DNA of 62,943 nt, the filler included, from Porpidia crustulata (Eukaryota), in NCBI GenBank assembly GCA_964255105.1. It is 9 parts of 9 records of this genome, joined end to end, with 100 filler letters (N's around TTAATTAATTAA, not from the genome) between each part and the next. Parts side by side here need not be neighbours in the genome. Positions count along the whole stretch, not along the records: positions 1 to 6,922 come from CAXUWE010001427.1; positions 7,023 to 13,940 come from CAXUWE010001428.1; 7 more parts are not named here. One strand, given 5' to 3'. Below, piece by piece: positions 1-10,678 of the stretch. The notes under the pieces are model-generated. The model saw only the letters and a program-made list of their open reading frames with translations. It ran no database searches and had not been told where the DNA came from. The translations under genes and the position numbers were made by a program. Positions within the stretch are counted from its first letter, which is position 1, and every line of letters starts with the position of its first letter.

Positions 1-46
1 CGATAATTCTTTAATCCATATCCTCCATACTCAAGCACTTATGCCG

Positions 47-95
47 CAGCAGTGACAGCAGCGACAGCAGCGACAGCAGCGACAGCGACAGCAAG
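47..95 (+). repeat. GACAGCAGC-type simple tandem repeat
   Basis: Several tandem (GACAGCAGC)/(GACAGC) units read directly. A shorter copy lies at about 380-393. Confidence 0.8.
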
Positions 96-1509
96 CACAA
101 GCCAAAAATTTGCACAGAATCTCGCCCAGATGCATGACCGATTCGGGGGTTGATAGGTAAGGTGCGAGGGTGAGGAAGTTTGTAGTAGATGGAAAGGTAG
201 GTGAGTGAGGGTGAGGGTTGCGTGGTCGAAAACTTTATTTTTCTTATCATGTTATATAAAAGAAGTCTGCCTCCATACCTTTTCGAAAACGATGAAGACA
301 ATCCCTTTACAAAAATTCCCCGTCCCAGTAAAACCATCCATTCTGCATGATCAAACTCACTGTTGCAGTAGTAGCAACAGTGACAGCAGCAGCACAAGCC
401 AAGAACTTACACAAAATCTCTCCAAGTTTATGACCGGATGGATAAGCGAATCCTCATTCATTCACGCACGCTTCAAGGTGGAATTGAGCCCGCAATGAAA
501 TTTCCCGCGCGGCCATCCCCACCCAATCCATCCGAACTTAAACAATTCCGCCCCCAGGAAATAAATCTCTCAACAACCACACCCCCCAGGGAAAAGTCGG
601 CGTGGAAAAGGGGGCTTGGCAGATCGAAAGAGTGTTGTTTGGGCTTCCAAAATAAATAAAGATAAACATTCATTCAACAAACCTAAGGAAAGCGCGAATG
701 AAACTCCTCCCTTTTCCTTCTTTCACTCCTTCCTTCCTTCCAACTATCATCAACAACAACCAACCTCTGGTTCCAAACACCGCGATCGAGGGACAGCTGG
801 ATAATAATTGGAAATATCAAATTGGCAGAAATTGGTAGGTTGTGTGCTGGATAGTTAGGTGAGTGTGAGGTGCGAGTTTTGTCATTGTTTGCGTTTCGCT
901 GGTTATCTTGTGGTGCTCATTTCGGGGCTTTTGTTGTGGTGTTGCGTTTTGTGGCGGCGCGAGTGAGTGTCGGTTGGGGTTTGAGATATTGGGGTGAGTC
1001 TTTGCGTCTAGACATAGGTTCAGGCCTGTGAGTAAGGTTTTTGATACCGAATGTCTCTGGGATGATTTTTCACTGGTTCGTCACTTTGATCTTGTGTCTC
1101 CTATTTTGCGTACTACCCAGCAACGAAGCCCTTCTCACATTGTCTGGGAAGATGCTCGGAATCGCCATGGGATACGAGAGAATGCTGAATCATGGAATGT
1201 CCTTGCGGTTCTTGATCGAGAGATTTTATCGGAGCAAAGCTGAGCTGCTTTAATCGCTTAATGGCATTATCATTCTGTCTTGCTGCGGTCACAGTTTGCC
1301 AGTCTTACTTCCTAGCTCTATTGATTTAGGAGATCAATAAGAGCATTCGAGGAGTCGCTGTCCTACCCTAATGTGGTCAGACTCTTACTTCTCAACGATC
1401 CTGAGCACGAGCCAAATTCTTGACGTTCAATCCTTGATCTCAGTCTTTCCCAATGTTCCAATCTCGAGGTCCGTCAGAAGCCCAATTGCTAACATAGCCG
1501 CCAGCGAAT

Positions 1510-2187
1510 ATGTCTAGCAATAGCTCAAAAGCTGAATCTGCCAACCGCAAAACCCAGAGCAGAGTTTCAGCTCCACTAGAGGCCAAGGAAATTATTCCCC
1601 TACTTCTCGCTGCACATCCCAATCTAAAGATCAATTTCAAGGCCATGTTTGCCTATAGCCAAGGGACCCGTACCGCCTCCGCTCTGGAGCATCGCTTTCG
1701 TCCATGGAAAGGGGATGCCGATAAGCTCCGCAAAGAATTTCCAGATATTGCGACGGAGACGAAAGTCCAGACCACGAAGCTACCAGCCAAGCGTAGCCGT
1801 GCTACTATCGATACGGTAACAAGTGATTCGAACGATGAGGCGGTCCAGAAATCTCAAGTCACTAAGCGGACTAAGACAATCAATCAAGACAAGGAGAAGG
1901 AAATGATAAAGCTGGAGGATGATGAGAAGCTCCAGAAGGCCACGGACTGTATCAAGGAAATTCCTCCAAAGGCTCGAGTTCAAAAGAAAGGGACGGCTCG
2001 TGTTGTGAGGAAGCCTCGTTTGACGAAGGGCCCAAGGTGGACCGAGGAAGATGAAGGGCTGGGATCCTCGATAGGGGAGACTGGCACTCAGAAAGATGCA
2101 GAGGCAACTTCGGAATTCTTCTGTCTGAACAAAAATTTCGACCTTGGGAGCTCAGCCTATGATGCTGAGGACCTCTCATCTGCCTGA
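1510..2187 (+). CDS. Hypothetical basic protein with a small N-terminal helical, possibly Myb-like, fungal domain and a K/R-rich disordered tail
   Basis: 225-aa ATG ORF. The segment LLLAAHPNLKINFKAM...RTASALEHRFRPWK resembles a common fungal N-terminal domain. GCTAAC-ATAG just upstream suggests an upstream intron. Confidence 0.6.
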   Translation: MSSNSSKAESANRKTQSRVSAPLEAKEIIPLLLAAHPNLKINFKAMFAYSQGTRTASALEHRFRPWKGDADKLRKEFPDIATETKVQTTKLPAKRSRATIDTVTSDSNDEAVQKSQVTKRTKTINQDKEKEMIKLEDDEKLQKATDCIKEIPPKARVQKKGTARVVRKPRLTKGPRWTEEDEGLGSSIGETGTQKDAEATSEFFCLNKNFDLGSSAYDAEDLSSA

Positions 2188-2403
2188 GAATGACCTTCCT
2201 CGGCACGTTGAGTTATGTTGCTACTGCTCGACATGGGTAATGTCTGAGCCTCATTCATCAAGAATTGGCTAATTATATTTCTACTGCCAAGTGATCTGAC
2301 TGGATTGTCGTCATCCATTTGAATGCTTTGATGACAAGGCAGTGTTGACATCGGATGGTTGAACATTCAATGGATGTTATTAGGGATACGTTAGGACGGC
2401 CGT

Positions 2404-3744
2404 TTAGCGACAATTATAACCATTCGTCTCTAATTTGTGCTTCAATGCTGATTGTGCTTCCTCAATGTTAGTGAGTGAACTTGCCGCGCTTGGAATCCTC
2501 CCGAGCTTCGCTCTGCGTATGCTATGCTGAAATGCCGAGCACCATGGCAGAAGGATGGAAGCCATATTTCCTCGAGTCCCGATGGTGTCATCCAAGACAG
2601 AATCTTGCTTCTTTTCTTTGTCTGTCAGGATCCATGGTTCTTCTCCATCGAGCTTCGATAGCGCTTCTAATATAGACTTTTCTTTCTTGGGTACAATCTC
2701 CTCAACTACTGTCACATTTTTCACTCTATCCGTCTTACGTAGAGTCTTCTTTTCTGAAGACGATATCGCGACTTCGTCCATTTGCAAGAAATGATCCAAC
2801 ACAAAATTTGCTATCTTCACTTGAAGCTTCTCATTATAGTCAGGATTTACATTCCCACTATTGAAGAAGCTCAGCAGAAGATCCAAACCTTCAGCGTCGA
2901 CAAACTTTGACAACTGGGCTCGATCGTGGCATAATCCAGAAAGTAGAAAGATCAACCTTTGAATAGTCCGAGGAAGGGTTTCATGGAATAAGGCAACCAT
3001 GACCGCTTCGAGAGGGCCAGTGGGCCATTCATCATTATAGAAATGAGTCAACGCTGCTGACAGTGCATCTGGATTATTATGGATTGCGGTACCAAGGAGG
3101 AGAGCGGCGGCCGATCGGATTTCAGAAGAAGGGCTAGAGGCTGATAGGAGCTGGAAGATCTTATGTGAAAGCCCTCGGTCTCGACTCAGTGTTACTCCCC
3201 AGTGGTAAGAGTGGGCAAGATCTTCGAGATTTGATAATGCAAGTAGCTGCGTTTCTGAATTATCATCTACTGAAGAAGACTTGAGAACAGCAACGCTATC
3301 TGTGAAGACGGAATGCTCCTGAGGATGGACAGGTGGAGGACGAAGCGGATGTTGAGATTCTGGAGTCGATTGGTCGTTTGTGGCGGGTGGAGACGTTGGC
3401 TCTTCAGGTTCTTCAACGGTGATGAGATCAGAACGCTGCTCGTGTTCCGAGAATGGTATCTCGACAGTAAGATCGGAATAACGCTGTTCTGATTCATCTA
3501 GGTCTGGTACATTAATCTTGGCTTCTTTTACCCCTGTTGCGAGGTTCAATCGAACATGGAGACCCTTTGGAATTGACTGGTCATCATGGACAATCTGAAA
3601 CTCGTCTGAAGGTACAAACTCTCGAGGGTAACATTCCGCCGAATTACTTGTATGACATATAAGATCTACAGATGCCGCGGGAGATGGTATATTTGCTTGA
3701 GTGCAGGAGAGAAGGCAGATGGCCGAGGTTAGAAAGGCTAACAT
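2404..3744 (-). CDS. SIL1: ER Hsp70 (BiP/Kar2) nucleotide exchange factor SIL1
   Basis: Signal peptide MLAFLTSAICLLSCTQA from the ATG at 3744. Typical motif LICHTSNSAECYPREFVPSDEFQIVHDDQSIPKGLHVRLNLATGVKEAKIN, followed by an ARM-like region (AALLLGTAIHNNP). Confidence 0.9.
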   Translation of the reverse strand: MLAFLTSAICLLSCTQANIPSPAASVDLICHTSNSAECYPREFVPSDEFQIVHDDQSIPKGLHVRLNLATGVKEAKINVPDLDESEQRYSDLTVEIPFSEHEQRSDLITVEEPEEPTSPPATNDQSTPESQHPLRPPPVHPQEHSVFTDSVAVLKSSSVDDNSETQLLALSNLEDLAHSYHWGVTLSRDRGLSHKIFQLLSASSPSSEIRSAAALLLGTAIHNNPDALSAALTHFYNDEWPTGPLEAVMVALFHETLPRTIQRLIFLLSGLCHDRAQLSKFVDAEGLDLLLSFFNSGNVNPDYNEKLQVKIANFVLDHFLQMDEVAISSSEKKTLRKTDRVKNVTVVEEIVPKKEKSILEALSKLDGEEPWILTDKEKKQDSVLDDTIGTRGNMASILLPWCSAFQHSIRRAKLGRIPSAASSLTNIEEAQSALKHKLETNGYNCR

Positions 3745-4009
3745 GATCGTCCGAGAAACTAAAAGCGTTTCGTAGCTGTATAGTGCAGACGTGTGAAAAC
3801 AAAATACCAAAAGAATGTGCTTTTACTCTCTATATGAACAGATATAAAAATCCATTGTGGTTTAGTTGGCATCTTTAACTGTTCTGCAGCCTAAATCTAC
3901 TCGTCGAAGCCGATTGGCTCTTCCCCATGACTAAGATCCCAAGTCCGACCTCACGTCGTTGGAGCTACCCACAATTGTGAACCATTGGTGTTCATACAAT
4001 AGTCCTACC

Positions 4010-4813
4010 ATGTTCCAAATACGGCGAGAAATTACTTGCCTTGTACGGCAGACATATCGTAGATCGCAAAAGCGCAATGCCAGCAGTACTCATCCTCCAG
4101 GCGAGCCTAGCAGCCATCAAGCTTCTGCTGGAAAGTCAGAGCACGCTCATCACAACCACCACTCTGAACCTGTCAACGAATCATTTGGCGTACGCAATTT
4201 TCTATGTTGCTGCTGATAATATAGTCTGCGATGTGTTTCACGGACTGACTCTCATCAGCGCGGATTCTACATAGCCGTCGCGGCCCTACCCCTCTCTTTC
4301 GCACTCTACAAATTCTCCCGATCTTCTGAGGGAACCGGCGCCGATTCCAAACAACCCCTTCTCACCCGCTTCATCAAGAGTTTCGAGGTCTGGTCAGATA
4401 GTTGGGAGCAGAGGAATACATTACACACAGCAATGGTTGAGCAAGCAGGGCGTGATCGAAATTTATTCCACTCTAGTCCTGGAAGCCAGCATATTGAATT
4501 GAGATTCCCGGAGTATGTCACAACATCATTCTCGAGATCCTTGGTAGAATTGAACTACGGCACCGAGACCTGGAGAAATTGGATATTCCATTGATAGATG
4601 CGCTGACGTAGTAAATGCAGAATCTTCAATACCGGCTCGCCATATAATATTCCCGCCGGCCAGACTGCCAATCTAGATGAGCTCATTGCTCACTACAAGC
4701 GCAAAAACGCCGAAGTGGAGGAGTCAAAGGTCGCCAAACTCAAGGCCATGGAGGAGAGCAAGCAAGGCCATTCCGACCCTACAAAGGAAATCGTACGGAG
4801 AGGGACGTTTTGA
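4010..4813 (+). CDS. nuo17.8: Mitochondrial NADH:ubiquinone oxidoreductase 17.8-kDa accessory subunit, 3 exons
   Basis: Spliced translation: Arg-rich presequence, HHNHHSEPVNESFG / RGFYIAVAALPLSFALYKFS...EQRNTLHTAMVEQAGRDRNLF...ELRFPE / IFNTGSPYNIPAGQTANLDELIAHY. Introns begin GTACGC (about 4190) and GTATGT (about 4513) and end in CAG. Confidence 0.85.
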
Positions 4814-5673
4814 TGGGGGGGTCTACCTGAGCGTGTGGGTGCTTAGAGTTCTTGTACATATGAATGTTAAGCTGGTCCAATACCGGCAGTCGCCCTTGAA
4901 AATACCCTTTCATCCAGTTTTGAAGTCAAGCGGCCCTCTGCACTAGTATGAAAGGCCAAATCTTCTCGAATCACTATGAACATGAAGCCGCCCGTTTTTC
5001 TGGCCATTCCCCAGATATGCAATGGATTCTGATCTCTAAAGTCGTACCTCCAGTATGAATGAGTGGACCTATGATCTTGCTGCACCGTCGGGTTCTTCTG
5101 CAGCTTGCCAGGATTGACGATAACTGTGTCCCCTGCTTCACGGATCCAACTGCACCTACACGAGATACTGCTTGCCACCTGAATGACTTCTCTAGCCAGA
5201 ACGTCGCAAGTGATATATTTTCATAGCAGGAGTGACCTCAGCAGAGTAGTCTGACATTGTTTACTAGCTGGTATCATACTGCCATTTAAAATCCCGACTA
5301 ATCTGTGAAAAGGCCGAGGCTGAAGCGACCCCAAATTGGCGTGGAAATGTCGGCTATAAATTCCGTTACCAGGAGCGACCAGGATTGGACCAAGTGTGAT
5401 TTCGACCCCTGAATAGGATCTGATTGGATACACTAGCGACGCTAGCGGAAGACTAATCACTTCACGCGCCGTTGCAAATTTGCCCTGAATCTCCCCCTTC
5501 ATCAAGTCCATCCGCCCCCAGCTTCTTCCTCTCTTTCTCCTCTACTGATCTACTTTCACAATAACCAACTCTCGTTCAAGACTGCCACTCGTTTATCAGT
5601 CTCCTACTTCTTTAATACTCATCAATCTATTCAAGTCTACCGTCTCATCCATATCAACATTAATACCGTCGAC

Positions 5674-6566
5674 ATGTACTTCACCAAAGCTCTTCTTGTT
5701 TGTGCTTCTTTCGCTGTCGCAACCGTTGCGCAGACGACCAAACTTGCATTTACCAATGTTCCAACCTCTGCGACTGCTGGTAGCCCTACCACCTTGAAAT
5801 GGACTGGTGGTGATGGCACCGTAAGTAAAACAACGCTTCAATCGCATCAAGGAGTAGAATACTAATCGCGTGCTGGCGTAGGCTGTAACGATCATCCTCC
5901 AGCAAGGCTCCGCAAACAATCTCCAGACTGTCTCGATTGTCACAGGTAAGTAAATTCCTATGTTGAGTCACGCATAGGTGCGTTTGTAATTGCCGGAATC
6001 AACTGCTGACTTCTGGCTCAGGTTCAACTACCGGCAATTCCTTTACCTGGACTCCTGACAAATCCCTTTCCAACGGCGACAACTACGCGCTCAAGATCAC
6101 ACAAGGCACCAGCGAGGTCAATTACTCTGGCATGTTCACCCTTAGCGGTGGATCATCCTTGTCGTCGTCCTCTTCGTCTAGCATGTCCTCGACCTCCAGC
6201 TCATCCTCCGTTGTCACCCCCGTCGTGCCAGTGCCTCTTCCCTCAACCGCGAATACCACCAGCACCAGCACTGTTCTCGCGCCAAGCTACAACGCCACCA
6301 CCACCGCAGCCATCATCGGCACCGGCATTGCAGGAACCGCGAGCGCTGGCACTGGTATTCCCATGAGCCGTAACACAACCATGAGCATGGCCACTTTGAC
6401 TCCGACGGCTACCACGTCAACCGATTCAACCACCACTGGTGCATCAACTACCTCATCCAAGGCGGCGAGCGCGACCTCAGCCAAACCTACCAGCAGCGCC
6501 ACCAACCTCGGAAGCCCCTTGGCCTTTGTCTTCTGCGCTTTCATCGCAATCGCGTATTTGGGATAG
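5674..6566 (+). CDS. Secreted Ser/Thr-rich GPI-anchored protein with a Kre9/Knh1-like N-terminal domain, 3 exons
   Basis: Signal peptide. Exons 5674-5820, 5882-5945 and 6022-6566 have GTAAGT donors and CTAAT/CTGAC branch sites. Motif FTWTP...GDNYALKI...VNYSGMF, then an S/T-rich stalk and the hydrophobic tail LAFVFCAFIAIAYLG. Confidence 0.88.
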
Positions 6567-6922
6567 AGCCATTCAATCGCGCCTGATCTCTCGTCTCCGT
6601 GATATCCAATGTCGCCCAACACTCGATTCCCCCATAATAATCAAAAAGCCGGTCACAAAAGGAAACGCCAAAAAAACGATGTACAAAGAAATTTCTTGGA
6701 GGGTCCCATTTATCCGCTGGCAGGCAGGCAGGCAGGTAGGAAGGGTTTTGACGGATGTTTCGGTAATAATGAGCGTGCAATCATTCGCCTGGTTCTTTTT
6801 TCGACTTCTTGTATTTAATAACTATGGAAGTACCGAGCGTTACAAAACCATAAGTTACAAAAGTTGAAGACGGTGCGGTTAGACGCTTATGTGAAGGAGC
6901 GTTTGCTGACGGTGATGGTCAA

Positions 6923-7022
6923 NNNNNNNNNNNNNNNNNNNNNNNNNNNNNNNNNNNNNNNNNNNNTTAATTAATTAANNNNNNNNNNNNNNNNNNNNNN
7001 NNNNNNNNNNNNNNNNNNNNNN
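6923..7022. other. Artificial contig spacer N44-TTAATTAATTAA-N44. Identical spacers lie at 13941-14040, 20955-21054, 27962-28061, 34968-35067, 41972-42071, 48972-49071 and 55961-56060.
   Basis: The same 100-bp layout occurs eight times. TTAATTAATTAA places stops in all six frames. The intervening segment lengths decrease monotonically. Confidence 0.98.
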
Positions 7023-7587
7023 ATGTTGTAGAGGGGGTGTCCTTTGTGGATGAGGGGATATTGGATGGTGTGAGGTGTACGATATTGAGCATCCCCCTTC
7101 TCCGATCACGTACATAATCATGTTGCAAATCCGAATCACCAGGTTTTCAGGGGGATAAGATTGAATTTTATCACGAGATCTGGATAGCTTAAACACCGTA
7201 TCCTTGGACGAAAAGATAGCTTGGTGGACTAATCAAGTAACCCTGGCCAATAAGTCGACCTTATCACATAGAAACTGGCGGGTAGGTCTTAATTTCGAAA
7301 AGCGCCGCGCAATACGGGAATCACTTCATCGAGTGTGATGCTCTTGCCAGAAAAGCTGGGCTTGTGTTATATTATTGATACACAGAAGGATGAGAAATTG
7401 GCCGACTGACAGGCCTAGTCATGCAAGTCATTGGGACTCATATTGAGTCATAAAAATGTCCAAGCCTTGCCCATTTAAATGCATCCATAATGATAAAGCC
7501 AAGGCCGCTGATAGTGGAATGGTGTCTGGAAAGCAGACAGCTGGATATCGAAAGATCCGATAAACCATCATTGTCTGGCATCAAGTC

Positions 7588-8102
7588 TCAGCGACGTCCA
7601 TAAGCATATCGCTAGGGCTAGAGCTGATATTAGTAAGAGCCAATGACTTCGAGGAGAGTTGCACTTACTCTCGCCTCCCTCGCAATATCGAGGTTCTGCT
7701 TGAATTCCTTGTACATTCCCTTTATATCACCGCTTGTTTCCAACCAGTCAACAATTTTATCAGCGTACTTCTCCCGTCTCTTTGCGCTCCACTCCTCTCG
7801 TTCGACAATCTTCTCAGGGCTGATGTGACCTTCAACCTTCAACCAGTTAAGGACGGCCTGATTCAGATGATTGCGCCAATGGTATAGTGTGTGAGCAGTC
7901 TCTGCGTTCGCTGCGCAGGTTCTAAGTCAAAGATCGTGTTAGTGAGGTTCTTAGAAAAGGGCCAATCGGTAGGCCACTTGTTCACATGGCTGAATATCTG
8001 GATAGATATGACAAAAAAAAACCTATCAGAACGGAGACAAGCTTACCTGCCAAGATAATATGCCTTTTCTAGGTTAGAATCTTGGTTATTATCCTCGTCA
8101 TT

Positions 8103-8137
<35 letters not shown>

Positions 8138-10156
8138 CATCGTCACCGTCGCTGAGGTTTTCGAGAGTGTTTCGATCGTACGGCTTACCACTAAATATGA
8201 GCTGGTGTTTCGCAGGATGGCCCGATCTTTTGCATGCGTCGCACTTATGGTCGTGCATTGTGGGGACGTCGATTCTATGAAGTTCTGGACGAGCTTTGAG
8301 AGCCTTGAGAAATTCAGCATTCCAGGCGCTTGACAGAAATTTTGACCCAGAGTATCCCTGGACTTCATCTTCCAATTTATGCCTAGCGATTCGGTATATT
8401 AGATCGTGCCGAGCAAAGGCCGGATTCAACTTGTTATAGATCATCCATTCAACCATGTCTTTAAAATGTTCAATTGGTTTTTTGTAGCTGTGTTGAGTAA
8501 ACTCTAAAGGCACTTCCTCCAGCCCAGATGGAGCACCTATTGTAGCGTCCTCATCATCCAGGAATCCATCATCGTCATACTCATCAAGATTCTGGCCTCC
8601 GTTTAAAGTTTGTCGTATGGCATCCCTTGCAGAGTCTGTGCTCTCTTCACTGTCTTCGTTATCGAATGAGTGATTCTGTAGCGCCTCAGCTGCCGGATCT
8701 GTATACGATTCTAAAGCTCGGTCATCCAGTTTTTTGAGTGCACGGCATTGTTTGAGTATCTCGAGGTGCGTCTGCCTTTTACTCCGCTCTGAAGTATGCA
8801 TTCTAGGTCTCGTACGATTTTTAAGGACCGCTAAATATTATCAGCAATACGACTTTAGCATTATCCAGTAAGTTACGCACTAGTCTCTCGTAGATCATCC
8901 AGGTCATTTTTAAGATCATTTGCAGAGTCATGAGAACTAGATGAGCAAGACCCCACTTTCTTCCTCGAAAGTCTTCCAATGCGAGGTGAGATAATGGGGT
9001 CTTTCTCGGAGCTTTCGCTACTACCTGACACCATGGCCACTGGAACAGAGGATTGCCTTCCCTTGCGGCCTGCTTTAGGCAAAACCACTCCGTCATGGTC
9101 TGACCCTTCAGTAGAGTCGGCCAGGTTTGATTTACTCTCGAAACAAAGCTTTCCCCTACTTGTAGGGCTGGGTTGTATACCGGGCGATAGCTGAAGACCA
9201 TCCTCGCCATCCGTCGAGATCTCTGCTACAACCTCCTTGGCCTGCAGAGCTGCAGAGGACCTCGTAAATCGTTTCGGAGGTGTTAGGCGTTCCCGTCTCT
9301 TAGTGCCACGCTCACCCTGTCCTAGTCTGTCACCCTTTTTACGCCTCTGCGATTCGGATAATGGAGCAGTGCCACTCCGCCCACCACTAAGAAAGCGCAA
9401 TGGAGTGACAACAGCAGAGGACTTAGGTCTACTGCGATGTGGAGTGGTTGGTGCAGCCGATGATGAGTCTGAATCGTCGTCACTGCTGAGTATCACTATT
9501 TTTGAGCCAGCCATACGTCTTCTGACACTCGGTAGGGGCAAGTTATCCTCGTCACTGAGATACTGATTATCAGTCTCAGCTTTCGTCTTAATTCGGGTAA
9601 GCCCAGCGACTTGGGGTGTCAAAGCCTTCAGCCCGGGCGTTCTTGAAGATTTTGTTGACTGTAGGTCATCTGCGTCATCAAAATATCGAGTATTCTTCGC
9701 CTTATCGAAGGATGTCGATGAAAGCTTTTCCTGAGATTTCGAATCTGAATTGAGTGACTTTGGATGTGGTTCTATGTTATATAAAATAATTATGTTACCA
9801 CATAGCCCATGAGGGTTGAATGGTCAATACTGACTTGTTTCGTCATCCACTGCTGCTTGAGATGAGGCCAATGGGGTGGGTAGTTGCGGCTCATCACTGA
9901 ACGAGGCTATTCCTCTTCTTGGCTTTGTTGGTGTCTGAAAGCTCTGACTTTCTACAGGAGTAAGCACTGTTCCTTGAGGTAATGCATTAGTAGTTCGACG
10001 CTTCTTGGACGGGCTTGGTGACTGATCATAGCGGACAGCAGCAGCACGCCTCTGAACTTGGTCCGGGTAGTCGGAAGCTGCTGGAGATGAGGACGGCAGA
10101 GGTGAGAACATCAGTCGAGTCTGCTGCTTACGGTCAGATCTTCGCCGTGAAGACAT
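7588..10156 (-). CDS. DUF4211-like conserved fungal protein, multi-exon; 3' end approximate
   Basis: Chain of minus-strand ORFs separated by GT-AG introns. N-terminal KQQTRLMFSPLPSSSP, long disordered region, then the core HFKDMVEWMIYNKLNPAF...SSAWNAEFLKALKARP...KCDACKRSGHPA...LGR/TCAANAETAHTLYHWR. Poly-Asp (GAT)n at about 8100-8140. Confidence 0.75.
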
Positions 10157-10678
10157 CTTGAAGACTGCTGTTAGGTCTAATCTGGGGTTTTGGGAATATA
10201 AGATAGTATGTAGTGATGGTAAAGCACAGAGAAAAGCTACCTGTGAGCGATGAAAGCTCAAATGGCGGGGTTACGCGACGAAACGCCAAGTCAGGTGACA
10301 TAAGATTAGAAGCTAACCAACCCAATGATGCACGGGTGCGATAGGACATCACATCTTCAGTTTACACATCACCGTTTTGCACATTATCAAGATCCCACAT
10401 CTAGCTAGTGGAGGAATAGTATCGATGGTCTGAATTCCAAGTAGTAAGGTGTGCACGATGGTATGTTGAGGTAGTAGGTAAATGCCCAAACCCGCGAACA
10501 ATGTCAGTTGAGTTCCCTACGTCGAGGAGAAGTAAGGTCGACTCAAAACTCGCCAGCTGACCAATACCTCCAAGATTCATGCTCAAAAGGGTCCGATCAC
10601 AGCCGGCCATGTCCCCTGGACTGGTCGTTCCAGCGGTATCTGCCTAGGAATGGAATTGCTTCGGCGAGGCCTGTATCA

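Noticed and set aside
6967..6978. TTAATTAATTAA recurring every ~7 kb as a biological repeat or CRISPR-like array
   Set aside because: It is always centred in 44+44 Ns and is a six-frame-stop assembly linker.
10508..10678. N-terminal extension of TUL1 given in the ORF track
   Set aside because: It starts at TTG. The ATG at 10679 gives a signal/anchor N-terminus typical of the family.
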